DNA of 46,250 nucleotides from Deltaproteobacteria bacterium (GTDB lineage Bacteria; Myxococcota_A; UBA9042; DTJE01): NCBI GenBank assembly GCA_037442805.1, contig JBBIPO010000007.1, positions 1 to 46,250 of the forward strand, read 5' to 3'. Shown piece by piece: positions 23,279 to 31,630 of this stretch (position 1 is its first letter; each line of letters starts with the position of its first letter). The notes under the pieces were generated by a model. It saw only the letters and a program-made list of their open reading frames with translations, ran no database searches and was not told where the DNA came from. The position numbers and the translations under genes were made by a program.

Positions 23279-24077
23279 GGTCCGCGTGCCCGAGGAAACC
23301 CACGGTCCTGGCCTGGAAGCCGGCGGTCCCGAGCGGACCGCGGTCGTTCTCTATTCGGGCGGCAGCGACTCGACGCTCGCGGCCATCCGGACCGCAATGC
23401 GGTTCGAGCGGGTCCACCTGCTCGCGTTCACCCGGAGGGGCGTGTGGGGTCGGGAGCCAGTCGCGTTCCAGGCTGGACGCCTCGGGCGGTTCTTCGGGGA
23501 CCCTGGGAAGTTCACGCTCCGTGTCCTTCGGACGGATCGGCTCTGCCGACACGTGATGTACGAACGCTACTTCCATCACCTAAGGCGACACGGCCTTCTG
23601 GTCGCCTCGATGTGCGGGTTGTGCAAGGTCTCGTTCCATTGGCGGGCCCTCATCTACTGCCTCGAGCATGGCATTCGCCACGTGGCAGACGGGGCCGTGC
23701 GGGTGGCGAACGTGTGCCCGGAGCAAAACGAGGCAATCCTACTCCAGCGATGGAAGGGCCTGTACCGTGGCTTCGGGATTGAATACGAGAATCCGGTTTA
23801 CGAGGAAGGGGATCAGGTCGAGGCGCTGCTGCACGAGATGCGATTCAACCCCACACCGGTCGTCAAGGGGACGAAGCTCGACCGTCAGATGGTCTGCGAG
23901 CAGCAGGTCCTGTACGCGATGTTCCTTCGGGTGGCCTTGCGGCGCTGGCCGTTTCCGGAGTTCGAGCGCCGGATGGCCGCGTTCTACGGGGAGAAACTGG
24001 ACATGGTCGAGGCGTGGACCCGCGAGTGGGCGACCCGCCGCCAGGGGTCGAGGCTCGCGCCCTTGATCGAGAGTTGA
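23265..24077 (+). CDS. PP-loop ATP pyrophosphatase superfamily protein (adenine nucleotide alpha-hydrolase)
   Basis: The SGGxDS PP-loop is 'VVLYSGGSDSTLAA'. Cysteine motifs 'MCGLCK' and 'IYCLEHG' are present. The start overlaps the previous gene by 14 nt. Confidence 0.7.
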   Translation: MRSSEVRVPEETHGPGLEAGGPERTAVVLYSGGSDSTLAAIRTAMRFERVHLLAFTRRGVWGREPVAFQAGRLGRFFGDPGKFTLRVLRTDRLCRHVMYERYFHHLRRHGLLVASMCGLCKVSFHWRALIYCLEHGIRHVADGAVRVANVCPEQNEAILLQRWKGLYRGFGIEYENPVYEEGDQVEALLHEMRFNPTPVVKGTKLDRQMVCEQQVLYAMFLRVALRRWPFPEFERRMAAFYGEKLDMVEAWTREWATRRQGSRLAPLIES

Positions 24078-24083
24078 ACGGGG

Positions 24084-24422
24084 ATGGGACGGCTGAAGAA
24101 TAGATGGTTCTTCGCGAGCGGAGCGGTCGCCTGCGCGATCGCACTGGCCTTGCCGTACCGGGCGCGCTTCCTGTTCGCCAAGGTCCTGAACTACTTGTCG
24201 AATCCTTTCGGGCACACGGTCCCGATGCTGTTCGGGAGGCAGGCGAAGTTCTGGAATCGCGTCCTCCTGGGCCTGGTGTTCTTCCTGGGATTCCCGGTCG
24301 CGGCGCTCCTGGTCCGGATCGCGGGTCGGAGCCGTTTGGCGCCGCGGCCCGGGGCTCCGACGTACTGGGTGCCGCGGTCCCCGCCCGAGGCGTTCGGGAA
24401 GGGCATCCGAGACCCGTTCTGA
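24084..24422 (+). CDS. SxtJ-like small membrane protein
   Basis: Two TM helices are followed by the C-terminal 'PTYWVPRSPPEAFGKGIRDPF*', resembling the SxtJ family tail as I recall it. Confidence 0.6.
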   Translation: MGRLKNRWFFASGAVACAIALALPYRARFLFAKVLNYLSNPFGHTVPMLFGRQAKFWNRVLLGLVFFLGFPVAALLVRIAGRSRLAPRPGAPTYWVPRSPPEAFGKGIRDPF

Positions 24423-24437
24423 GCGGGATGGCCGCCG

Positions 24438-26174
24438 ATGAACATCCTGGGCCTGTCGTTCATGTATCACGACTCGGCCGCCGCGCTGCTGATGGACGGC
24501 GAGGTCGTGGCCGCCGCGGCCGAGGAACGGTTTTCCCGGAAGAAACACTCCCTGGACTTCCCGTCCGGCGCGATTGACGCCTGCCTGCGGATCGGTGGGA
24601 TCGGCGTACGCGATCTGGACGTGATCGTCTTCTACGAGAAACCGCTCCTGAAGTTCGAGCGGATCGTCACGATGAACGCCCTGGCGTTCCCCAAGGGGTT
24701 CCGGCAGTTCTCGGACGCGATGCCGCTTTGGTTGAAATACAAACTGTTTGTGCGCGACCTGATTCGGAGGAACCTGGACTACGAGGGGGACGTGGTCTTC
24801 GCGGATCATCATTACGCGCACGCCGCGTCGTCGTTCTTCGCGTCCGGGTTCGAGGAGGCCGCCATCCTCACGACGGACGGGGTCGGGGAGTGGGCGACCA
24901 TGACCCGGGGGACCGGGCGCGGGAACCGGATCACGCTGACGCACGAGGTCCGTTATCCGCACAGTCTCGGGCTGCTGTACTCGACCGTGACCGCCTTCCT
25001 GGGGTTCCGGGTGAACGGGGGCGAGGGCAAGGTGATGGGGCTCGCGTCCTACGGGGAACCGCGGTTCTACGACCGGATGGTGCGCGACGTGGTGGAGGTG
25101 CGGGACGATGGAAGTTTCCGCTTGAATCTGGACTACTTCTCCTTCCACGAGGACGTCGTGATGTTCAGCCCGCGGTTCGTCGCGGACTTCGGTCCGCCCA
25201 GGATTCCGGAGTCGGAGATCACGCGGCGGGACGAGGACCTGGCCGCGAGCCTCCAGAAGGTTGTCGAGGAGGTCCTGCGCCGGGCCGCGAGCCACCTGCG
25301 CCGGGAGACCGACCTGTCCTCCCTGTGCATCGCGGGCGGCGTGGGTCTCAACAGCGTGGCCAACGGCCAGATCCTTCAGGAGTGCGGCTTCGACCGCCTG
25401 TTCGTCCAGCCCGCGGCGGGCGACGACGGTGGGGCGATCGGCGGGGCCCTGTACTACTGGCACCAGGTCCTGGGCCATCCCAGGTCCTGGCGGATGGAGC
25501 ACGCCTTCCTGGGGCCGGCGAACGACCCCGATGCGATCTCCCGGTGTCTGGACCTGCGCGGACTGCCGTATCGGCGGTTCGCGGACCGGAGGGAGGTCGT
25601 GGTCCGAGCGGCCCAGGACCTCGCGGCCGGGCGGATCGTGGGCTGGCTTCAGGGGCGCATGGAATACGGGCCTCGGGCGCTCGGAAACCGCTCCATCCTT
25701 GCGAACCCGTCGGTCCCGGGCATGAAGGACATCCTGAACCGTCGCGTGAAGCACCGGGAGCCCTTCCGTCCCTTCGCGCCGGCCGTGCCGCTGGAGGACG
25801 TCGGGACCTTCTTCGACCCGCCGTTCGAGAGCCCCTTCATGCTGCTCGTGGCCCGCACGCGGCCGGAATGGCGGGAGCGGCTGGCGGCGGTGACGCACGT
25901 GGACGGGACCGCGAGGCTCCAGACGGTCACGCGGGGTCAGAACCCTTTGTTCTACGACCTCTTGAAGGAGTACGGACGCCGGACAGGAGTCCCCGTCTTG
26001 CTCAACACGTCGTTCAACATCCGCGGGGAGCCCATTGTCTGCGATTTCGGCGACGCCCTGACCTGTTTCCTGAATGAGGACATGGACTGCCTCGCCCTGG
26101 AGGACTGTTACCTGGTCAAGGGGGCGGCCGAGGGGGGGAGGCGGCGCGTGCTGCCGCCCGAGGAGTGGCCGTGA
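24438..26174 (+). CDS. Carbamoyltransferase, NodU/CmcH family
   Basis: 'MNILGLSFMYHDSAAALLMDGEVVAAAAEERFSRKKH', 'ADHHYAHAASSF', 'GGVGLNSVANG' and 'LLNTSFNIRGEPIV' are all present. Confidence 0.9.
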   Translation: MNILGLSFMYHDSAAALLMDGEVVAAAAEERFSRKKHSLDFPSGAIDACLRIGGIGVRDLDVIVFYEKPLLKFERIVTMNALAFPKGFRQFSDAMPLWLKYKLFVRDLIRRNLDYEGDVVFADHHYAHAASSFFASGFEEAAILTTDGVGEWATMTRGTGRGNRITLTHEVRYPHSLGLLYSTVTAFLGFRVNGGEGKVMGLASYGEPRFYDRMVRDVVEVRDDGSFRLNLDYFSFHEDVVMFSPRFVADFGPPRIPESEITRRDEDLAASLQKVVEEVLRRAASHLRRETDLSSLCIAGGVGLNSVANGQILQECGFDRLFVQPAAGDDGGAIGGALYYWHQVLGHPRSWRMEHAFLGPANDPDAISRCLDLRGLPYRRFADRREVVVRAAQDLAAGRIVGWLQGRMEYGPRALGNRSILANPSVPGMKDILNRRVKHREPFRPFAPAVPLEDVGTFFDPPFESPFMLLVARTRPEWRERLAAVTHVDGTARLQTVTRGQNPLFYDLLKEYGRRTGVPVLLNTSFNIRGEPIVCDFGDALTCFLNEDMDCLALEDCYLVKGAAEGGRRRVLPPEEWP

Positions 26175-26178
26175 GGGT

Positions 26179-26206
26179 CGCGGGGGGACCTGCCCGCGGT
26201 TTTCTG
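26179..26206 (+). terminator. Candidate intrinsic terminator
   Basis: The stem is CGCGGG / CCCGCG (6 bp, 8-nt loop), followed by GTTTTCT. It lies directly after the carbamoyltransferase stop. Confidence 0.5.
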
Positions 26207-26244
26207 CTAGAGTCCGCGAGGAGGCTCGCCCACGAGGAGTTGCG

Positions 26245-28077
26245 ATGTCGGACCGGTTCCTGGACCTGCTCGAACAGGGACCTGTGGTCTTCGATGGGGC
26301 GATGGGCACGCTGCTGTATGCCCGTGGTGTCTTCATCAACCGCAACTTCGATGAACTGAACCTGTCGCGCCCGGACCTCGTCGAGAAGATTCACCGGGAC
26401 TACCTGGACGCGGGGGCCCAGGTCTTGACGACCAATACATTCGGTGCCAACGCGGTGAAACTGTCCCGGCATGGTCTCGAGGACCGCGTGGCCGAGATCA
26501 ACGCGGCCGGCGTGCGGATCGCGAAGGGTGTGGCCCGGGACCGCGCGCTCGTGGCCGGTTCCATCGGCCCCACGGGGTTGATCCCCGACATCTTCGACCC
26601 CGCCCAGATGGAGCACCTGCGAGAGGTATTCGCGGCCCAGGCGGCGGCGCTCGTCGAGGCCGGGGTGGACCTGTTGCTGCTCGAGACCTTCCGGCACACG
26701 GTCGAGATGCAGATTGCCCTCGGGGCGGCCCGGGCGGTCACGGACCTGCCCATCGCGGCCACCATGGCCTTTGACGAGGAGGGCCAGACCGCGGACGGGC
26801 TCGGTCCCGAGCGAGTGGCCACACTCTTGGTCCGCTGGGGGGCTGACGTGATCGGGGCCAACTGTGGCGCGGGTCCAAGCGGCGTGGAGGACGTGGTGAC
26901 CCGGATGCTGGGGAGGGGACGCGCCGTCCTGGCCCAGCCCAACGCGGGTCATCCGAGGCGCCTGGAGGGTCGGGTCCTGTACATGGCGACGCCGGAATAC
27001 CTGGGCGAGTACGCCAAGCGGTACCTCCAGGCCGGGGTTCGGCTGGTCGGGGGCTGTTGTGGGACCACGCCCGACCACATCCGGCAGGTCGCGGCCGAGG
27101 TGCGGATGGCCAGCGGTGGCCGGCTGCGAATTCTGGTCCCGGAAAGCGGCGCGGTCCCGGAGCAGGCCGTCACGCCGCCGCCCGTGGGAGAACGGTCTTC
27201 GTTCGGTCGCGCCCTGGAGTCCGAGTTCGTCGTCAGCGTCGAGGTGGACCCGCCGTCCGGCACGGACCCGACCCGGGCCCTGGAGGGGGCCCGCGCCCTG
27301 GCCGAGGCCGGAATCCGGTTCGTCAACATCGCGGACGGGCCCCGCGCCACCGCGCGCATGTCGGCACTGGCGATGGCACACCTGTTGCGGGAGGTGGGCA
27401 TCGAGCCCATCGTGCATGTCACCTGTCGCGACCGCAATCTGCTAGGGATCCAGGCGGACCTGTTGGGGGCGTGGGCCACGGGCATTCGCAATCTACTGGT
27501 CATCACGGGGGACCCGTCCAAACTGGGCGACTACCCCATGGCGACGACCGTGTACGACCTGGACTCTGTGGGGCTCCTGCGTCTGGTCTCGGCGCTGAAT
27601 CGTGGCCTGGAACCCTCCGGCCGGCGCATGAAGGGGGCCACGGCCTTCGTCAAGGGGTGCGGCGCGGAACCGGGCGCCCGGGACCTCGACCGGGAGGTGG
27701 AGCGCCTGCGGCGGAAGGTTGAGGCCGGGGCCGAGTTTGTGATGACCCAGCCCGTGTTCGACCCGGAGGTGATGGACCGCTTTCTGGACCGCACGCGCGA
27801 CCTCGGGATTCCGGTTCTGATGGGCATCCTGCCGCTTGCCTCGTATCGGAACGCGGAGTTCCTGCACCACGAGGTCCCGGGGATGACGATCCCGGAGCAG
27901 ATTCGCGAACGGATGAGGCGCGCGGGCCATGGCCCGGCGGCCCGAGAGGAGGGTGTGCAGATCGCTCGGGAGGTCCTCCTGGTCTTCAAGGAGCGGGTCC
28001 GTGGGGTGTACGTCATGCCGCCGTTCGACCGCTACGAGACGGCGCTCGCAGTCGTGGAAGGGTTGATTCCAGCGTGA
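26245..28077 (+). CDS. Bifunctional homocysteine S-methyltransferase / 5,10-methylenetetrahydrofolate reductase (YitJ-like fusion)
   Basis: The N-terminal half has 'VVFDGAMGTLL', 'TNTFGAN' and 'VGGCCGTTPDHI' (Hcy-binding domain). The C-terminal half has 'VSVEVDPP', 'VHVTCRDRN' and 'LLVITGDP' (MTHFR). GAGGAG lies 6 nt upstream of the ATG. Confidence 0.85.
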   Translation: MSDRFLDLLEQGPVVFDGAMGTLLYARGVFINRNFDELNLSRPDLVEKIHRDYLDAGAQVLTTNTFGANAVKLSRHGLEDRVAEINAAGVRIAKGVARDRALVAGSIGPTGLIPDIFDPAQMEHLREVFAAQAAALVEAGVDLLLLETFRHTVEMQIALGAARAVTDLPIAATMAFDEEGQTADGLGPERVATLLVRWGADVIGANCGAGPSGVEDVVTRMLGRGRAVLAQPNAGHPRRLEGRVLYMATPEYLGEYAKRYLQAGVRLVGGCCGTTPDHIRQVAAEVRMASGGRLRILVPESGAVPEQAVTPPPVGERSSFGRALESEFVVSVEVDPPSGTDPTRALEGARALAEAGIRFVNIADGPRATARMSALAMAHLLREVGIEPIVHVTCRDRNLLGIQADLLGAWATGIRNLLVITGDPSKLGDYPMATTVYDLDSVGLLRLVSALNRGLEPSGRRMKGATAFVKGCGAEPGARDLDREVERLRRKVEAGAEFVMTQPVFDPEVMDRFLDRTRDLGIPVLMGILPLASYRNAEFLHHEVPGMTIPEQIRERMRRAGHGPAAREEGVQIAREVLLVFKERVRGVYVMPPFDRYETALAVVEGLIPA

Positions 28078-28430
28078 TGTGACTGTGGTTGTGGTTCTTG
28101 GTTGTGTTACGATAGAACGGTAACAGATATTACGGGTGAGATAATTGGCGGCGCACTACTGGCAACCCTCCGCCCCCGGCCCCCCGCGGGGCCTCCAACC
28201 GTTTCCGGCCATCCGGCAGACCACTCCCGTCGCGCCACCGCTCATCGAGCCGACGCGCCCACCCCCAGTCCCAACGGTGGCGCCCAGGCCGGTCCATGGC
28301 CCGGTCTGGACGCTCCGGTCTGCCACTGCCTTTATCGAGAGAAACCCAAAAAGCGTTTCACCCCGACAGCGAAGAGGTTGCGAACCGGCGCGACGGCTCT
28401 GGTGCCGAGGCGGTCGCGCTGTCCCCGGTG

Positions 28431-30119
28431 TCACAGGCACGTCCCCCACTGGCGGATGTGTGGGATCAGGCCCTGGGGGACGCGCGGGCGCGACGACACG
28501 GCGAAGCGTTCGGGCGCGAGGAACGATTTTGTCTTGTACTGTACGTCCACGTAATACACGGTGTTGTCCTGAAGCGGGGCCGGGACGAGCGCACCCCACA
28601 GGCCGTCGCCCTGATCCTCTAGTTCCACCGACAGGAACGTGTATGCATCGTCGTTGCTGAACCAGTACCAGACCCGCTCCACGCCGTAGGCGTCCGTGCC
28701 GGAATCCACGAGGGCCGCCACCATCGTGAGCCCGCCCGCGTCCGTCACCTGCTCGACCGGCTCCGCCGGGAACCGCGCGTACGTCTGGCTCGTCCCGAGG
28801 TGCCTCTGGAACCACGCCCGCGCGTTGCCCGAGTAGCGCACGGCGACTCGGTCGTCAATCGCCTCCTTAGGCTCGATTCCGATGGCCGTGTAGCACCCGT
28901 GGTCAAAGTTGGCCACGATGGAGGTCCGGCGCTCGACCGAACCGGGAATCGCGTCGTACGTGGCCACGTGCGCGGTCAGGGGAAAGAACTCGTCGCACGA
29001 CCCGTTGACCATCAGGATCGCGGCCGTGGTCCCGGGCACGTACCGGATCGGGTCCAAGTGCTCCAGGAACGCCGTCCATTGCGGGCTGTCGGTGGTCAGG
29101 CCGGACATGGCCAGCAGGACATGCTGCCACGCGGCCGGGGCCTGGATCGCGACCTCGAAGGCGCCGGTCCCACTGAAGGGGACCGCGGCCTGGATCCGGT
29201 GGTCCACGCCGGAGGCGATGAGGCTGACCATGGCCCCGGCCGAGCCACCCGTGATCCCGATCTGCTCCGGATCCACGTCGCTCCGAGTCTCGAGGCAGGT
29301 CACGGCCCGCATGGCCGCGACCGCGTGCCCCCACAGCCACGACCCGCGCGGGTCCGGAACCGTATCGAACAAACGGTAGAAACTCCCGGTGACGGGGTCC
29401 CCTGCCGGCAGGCCTTCCGACTGCGTATCGGGGTCGTCCGGCTTGCCCCCGCCCGGTCCGGTGTACGCGATCACGAACATCCCGAGCAGGGCGGCCAGCC
29501 CCGTGGCGTGCGACTCCTCCGCGAACCCGCCGAGCCCGTGAGCCGAGACGACCCCCGGAAGAAGGCCGCCTCCCGCTGGTCGGGCCGCGAACGCCCGAAT
29601 CCGGATGGGCCGCAGGACCCCATCCACCGACTCCCACGACCAGTACGACAGACGCCAGACATCGAGGACCTGAAGTCCCTGCCACACGGTGCGATGGTCG
29701 TGGAAATCGCATTGCGCCGTGTCCGGATTCTGAATCGCCGCCAGGTCGAAGAGGGGAGGGGGCGGCGAGGGCACATCCGTCCCCGCCTCGGGGTCGGAAA
29801 GGCCGGGATCCGCCGCAACGTCGGGGAGGTCCGAGACGTCCGCCGGGAGGTCCAGGTCCTCGCGCCCCGCAATGCCATCCTCGCCGGGCGTCACCAGGTC
29901 CGCGGACCCTTCGTCCGCGAGGTCGCCGTTCCCCGCGTCATCGGCGCCCCCGACGGCCTCGGGCGCCGTCCCATCGAGGGGCGTCCCGTCGTCGCGGACC
30001 TCCTCCGCGAGGGGCCCGCCGTCTCTGGACGCGATGTCGGTCTCCGTCGCGGTCCGTCCCCCCGAGCAAGCCCACACCACAGTCGCCGCCAGCGGCGGAA
30101 TCCAGGTCCATTGTGTCAT
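28431..30119 (-). CDS. Alpha/beta-hydrolase lipoprotein (acetylxylan-esterase / dienelactone-hydrolase-like)
   Basis: The lipobox is 'TVVWACSGG', followed by an acidic linker. The nucleophile elbow is 'GITGGSAGA'. The C-terminus is beta-rich. Confidence 0.75.
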   Translation of the reverse strand: MTQWTWIPPLAATVVWACSGGRTATETDIASRDGGPLAEEVRDDGTPLDGTAPEAVGGADDAGNGDLADEGSADLVTPGEDGIAGREDLDLPADVSDLPDVAADPGLSDPEAGTDVPSPPPPLFDLAAIQNPDTAQCDFHDHRTVWQGLQVLDVWRLSYWSWESVDGVLRPIRIRAFAARPAGGGLLPGVVSAHGLGGFAEESHATGLAALLGMFVIAYTGPGGGKPDDPDTQSEGLPAGDPVTGSFYRLFDTVPDPRGSWLWGHAVAAMRAVTCLETRSDVDPEQIGITGGSAGAMVSLIASGVDHRIQAAVPFSGTGAFEVAIQAPAAWQHVLLAMSGLTTDSPQWTAFLEHLDPIRYVPGTTAAILMVNGSCDEFFPLTAHVATYDAIPGSVERRTSIVANFDHGCYTAIGIEPKEAIDDRVAVRYSGNARAWFQRHLGTSQTYARFPAEPVEQVTDAGGLTMVAALVDSGTDAYGVERVWYWFSNDDAYTFLSVELEDQGDGLWGALVPAPLQDNTVYYVDVQYKTKSFLAPERFAVSSRPRVPQGLIPHIRQWGTCL

Positions 30120-30234
30120 GCCGCACCTCGTGGACGTCACGCCATCATCGTGCTCATCGAAGTCGTGTTCCCGGCGCGCCCTCGCGAGAAGACGTGGGCT
30201 ATCGTATCACCTCCACGGCAAGACGACTTTTTGC

Positions 30235-30263
30235 TTGACATGCGAACCCCTTTCCACTACAAA
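30235..30263 (+). promoter_or_regulatory. Candidate sigma-70 promoter for rplM-rpsI
   Basis: TTGACA, a 17-nt spacer, then TACAAA. It lies about 40 nt upstream of the rplM ATG. Confidence 0.45.
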
Positions 30264-30302
30264 TCCGCCCCTGTGCCTTGGAGCCCAAGAGGCGAGACGG
30301 TC

Positions 30303-30765
30303 ATGCGAACGACGAAATCCTTTCAGAAAGACGAGGTCGAGCGCGCCTGGTACCTCGTGGACGTGGCGGGTTTGCCCCTGGGTCGGGCCGCGGCGCGGAT
30401 CGCGACCGTCCTGCGCGGCAAGCACAAGCCTCAGTACACGCCCCATGCCGACACGGGCGATTTCGTGGTCGTGGTCAACGCGAGGGGGCTCGTCCTGACC
30501 GGGCGCAAGGCAGTGACTGAGTTGTACCGCTGGCACACCGGCACCCTCGGCCACCTGCGGGAACGCCCGCTCGGGAAGGTCCTGGCCGACAAGCCCGACT
30601 TCCTGCTGCGCAAGGCCGTCAAGGGGATGCTTCCACGAGGTCCTCTGGGCCGCGCGATGCTGCGCAAGATGAAGGTTTATGCGGGACCCGACCACCCGCA
30701 CCAGGCGCAGCAGCCGCGGCGCCTCGACCTGTCGAAACGGTTTCTGATCGCACGCGAGGTCGCGA

Positions 30766-30773
<8 letters not shown>
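30303..30773 (+). CDS. rplM: 50S ribosomal protein L13
   Basis: '[47 protein letters not shown]' and 'KAVKGMLP' are present. Confidence 0.95.
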
Positions 30774-31161
<388 letters not shown>

Positions 31162-31180
31162 GGCGCGCTTCATTTTCGTT

Positions 31181-31218
31181 GCTCGATCGGGGCATCCGGC
31201 AAGCCTGCCGAGCGTTTT
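31181..31218 (+). terminator. Weak candidate intrinsic terminator after rpsI
   Basis: The outer stem is GCTCG...CGAGC with an inner stem CGGCA/TGCCG, followed by GTTTT. The stem is imperfect and the T-run short. Confidence 0.3.
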
Positions 31219-31304
31219 CCGTCCCTTCTCGTCATCGTCCACGGTCCCGCGCGCGCAGCACCCGCGCCTCCAGGAGCGAACGGTCGCTCGCGTTCCAACG
31301 GGGA

Positions 31305-31517
31305 CTGAGGTTCGGCATCCGGGTTCCGGCGTCCGGGGTCCGGCAGTGACTCCGTGGCGGTCACGGACACCGTCACGGACACGGCCTCCGTCACCGACGC
31401 GGACACGGACGCGGGGTCCGGGATCCGGGGTCGGGGTTCCGGCGTCCGGGGTCCGGCAGTGACTCCGAGGCGGACACGGACACGGTCACCGACCCCGGCA
31501 CGGTCACGGCCACGGTT
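31305..31517 (+). repeat. Composite GC-rich intergenic repeat, two tandem copies (B1, B2; period about 112 bp)
   Basis: The 34-nt block 'GGGTTCCGGCGTCCGGGGTCCGGCAGTGACTCCG' occurs identically at 31321 and 31434. Each is followed by (N)CACGG-type hexamer arrays. Confidence 0.75.
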
Positions 31518-31562
31518 GAGGCCCGCGGAGCCGACCCGACGATCAAGGTGCCTCGATCGCGG

Positions 31563-31591
31563 TTGACCGTTCGACGGGGCGCGCCTACACT
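31563..31591 (+). promoter_or_regulatory. Candidate sigma-70 promoter for ileS
   Basis: TTGACC, a 17-nt spacer, then TACACT. It lies 40 nt upstream of the ileS ATG and downstream of the repeats. Confidence 0.45.
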
Positions 31592-31630
31592 TCCGCCCTG
31601 TCCTTCGCGCCCTGGGAGGCCGGCACGACG

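Noticed and set aside
23739..26345. An 868-aa minus-strand ORF across the carbamoyltransferase cluster. Similar shadow ORFs occur at 8044-10098, 15229-17358, 32561-34579 and 39045-40595.
   Set aside because: All are antisense to genes with strong family evidence. None has an RBS or motifs, and all show the Arg/Gly/Pro/Asp-rich bias of shadow frames in ~70% GC DNA.
31305..31517. Possible CRISPR array, because of regularly spaced repeats.
   Set aside because: There are only two ~112-bp units with no unique spacers between short direct repeats. The internal periodicity is 6-7 nt. No cas genes are in the window.
31354..31566. A 70-aa ORF reading 'VTDTVTDTASVTDADTDAGSG...' across the intergenic repeats.
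   Set aside because: The periodic peptide is a by-product of the hexamer DNA repeat. The same repeat occurs in other loci in different frames and on the other strand, and there is no RBS.
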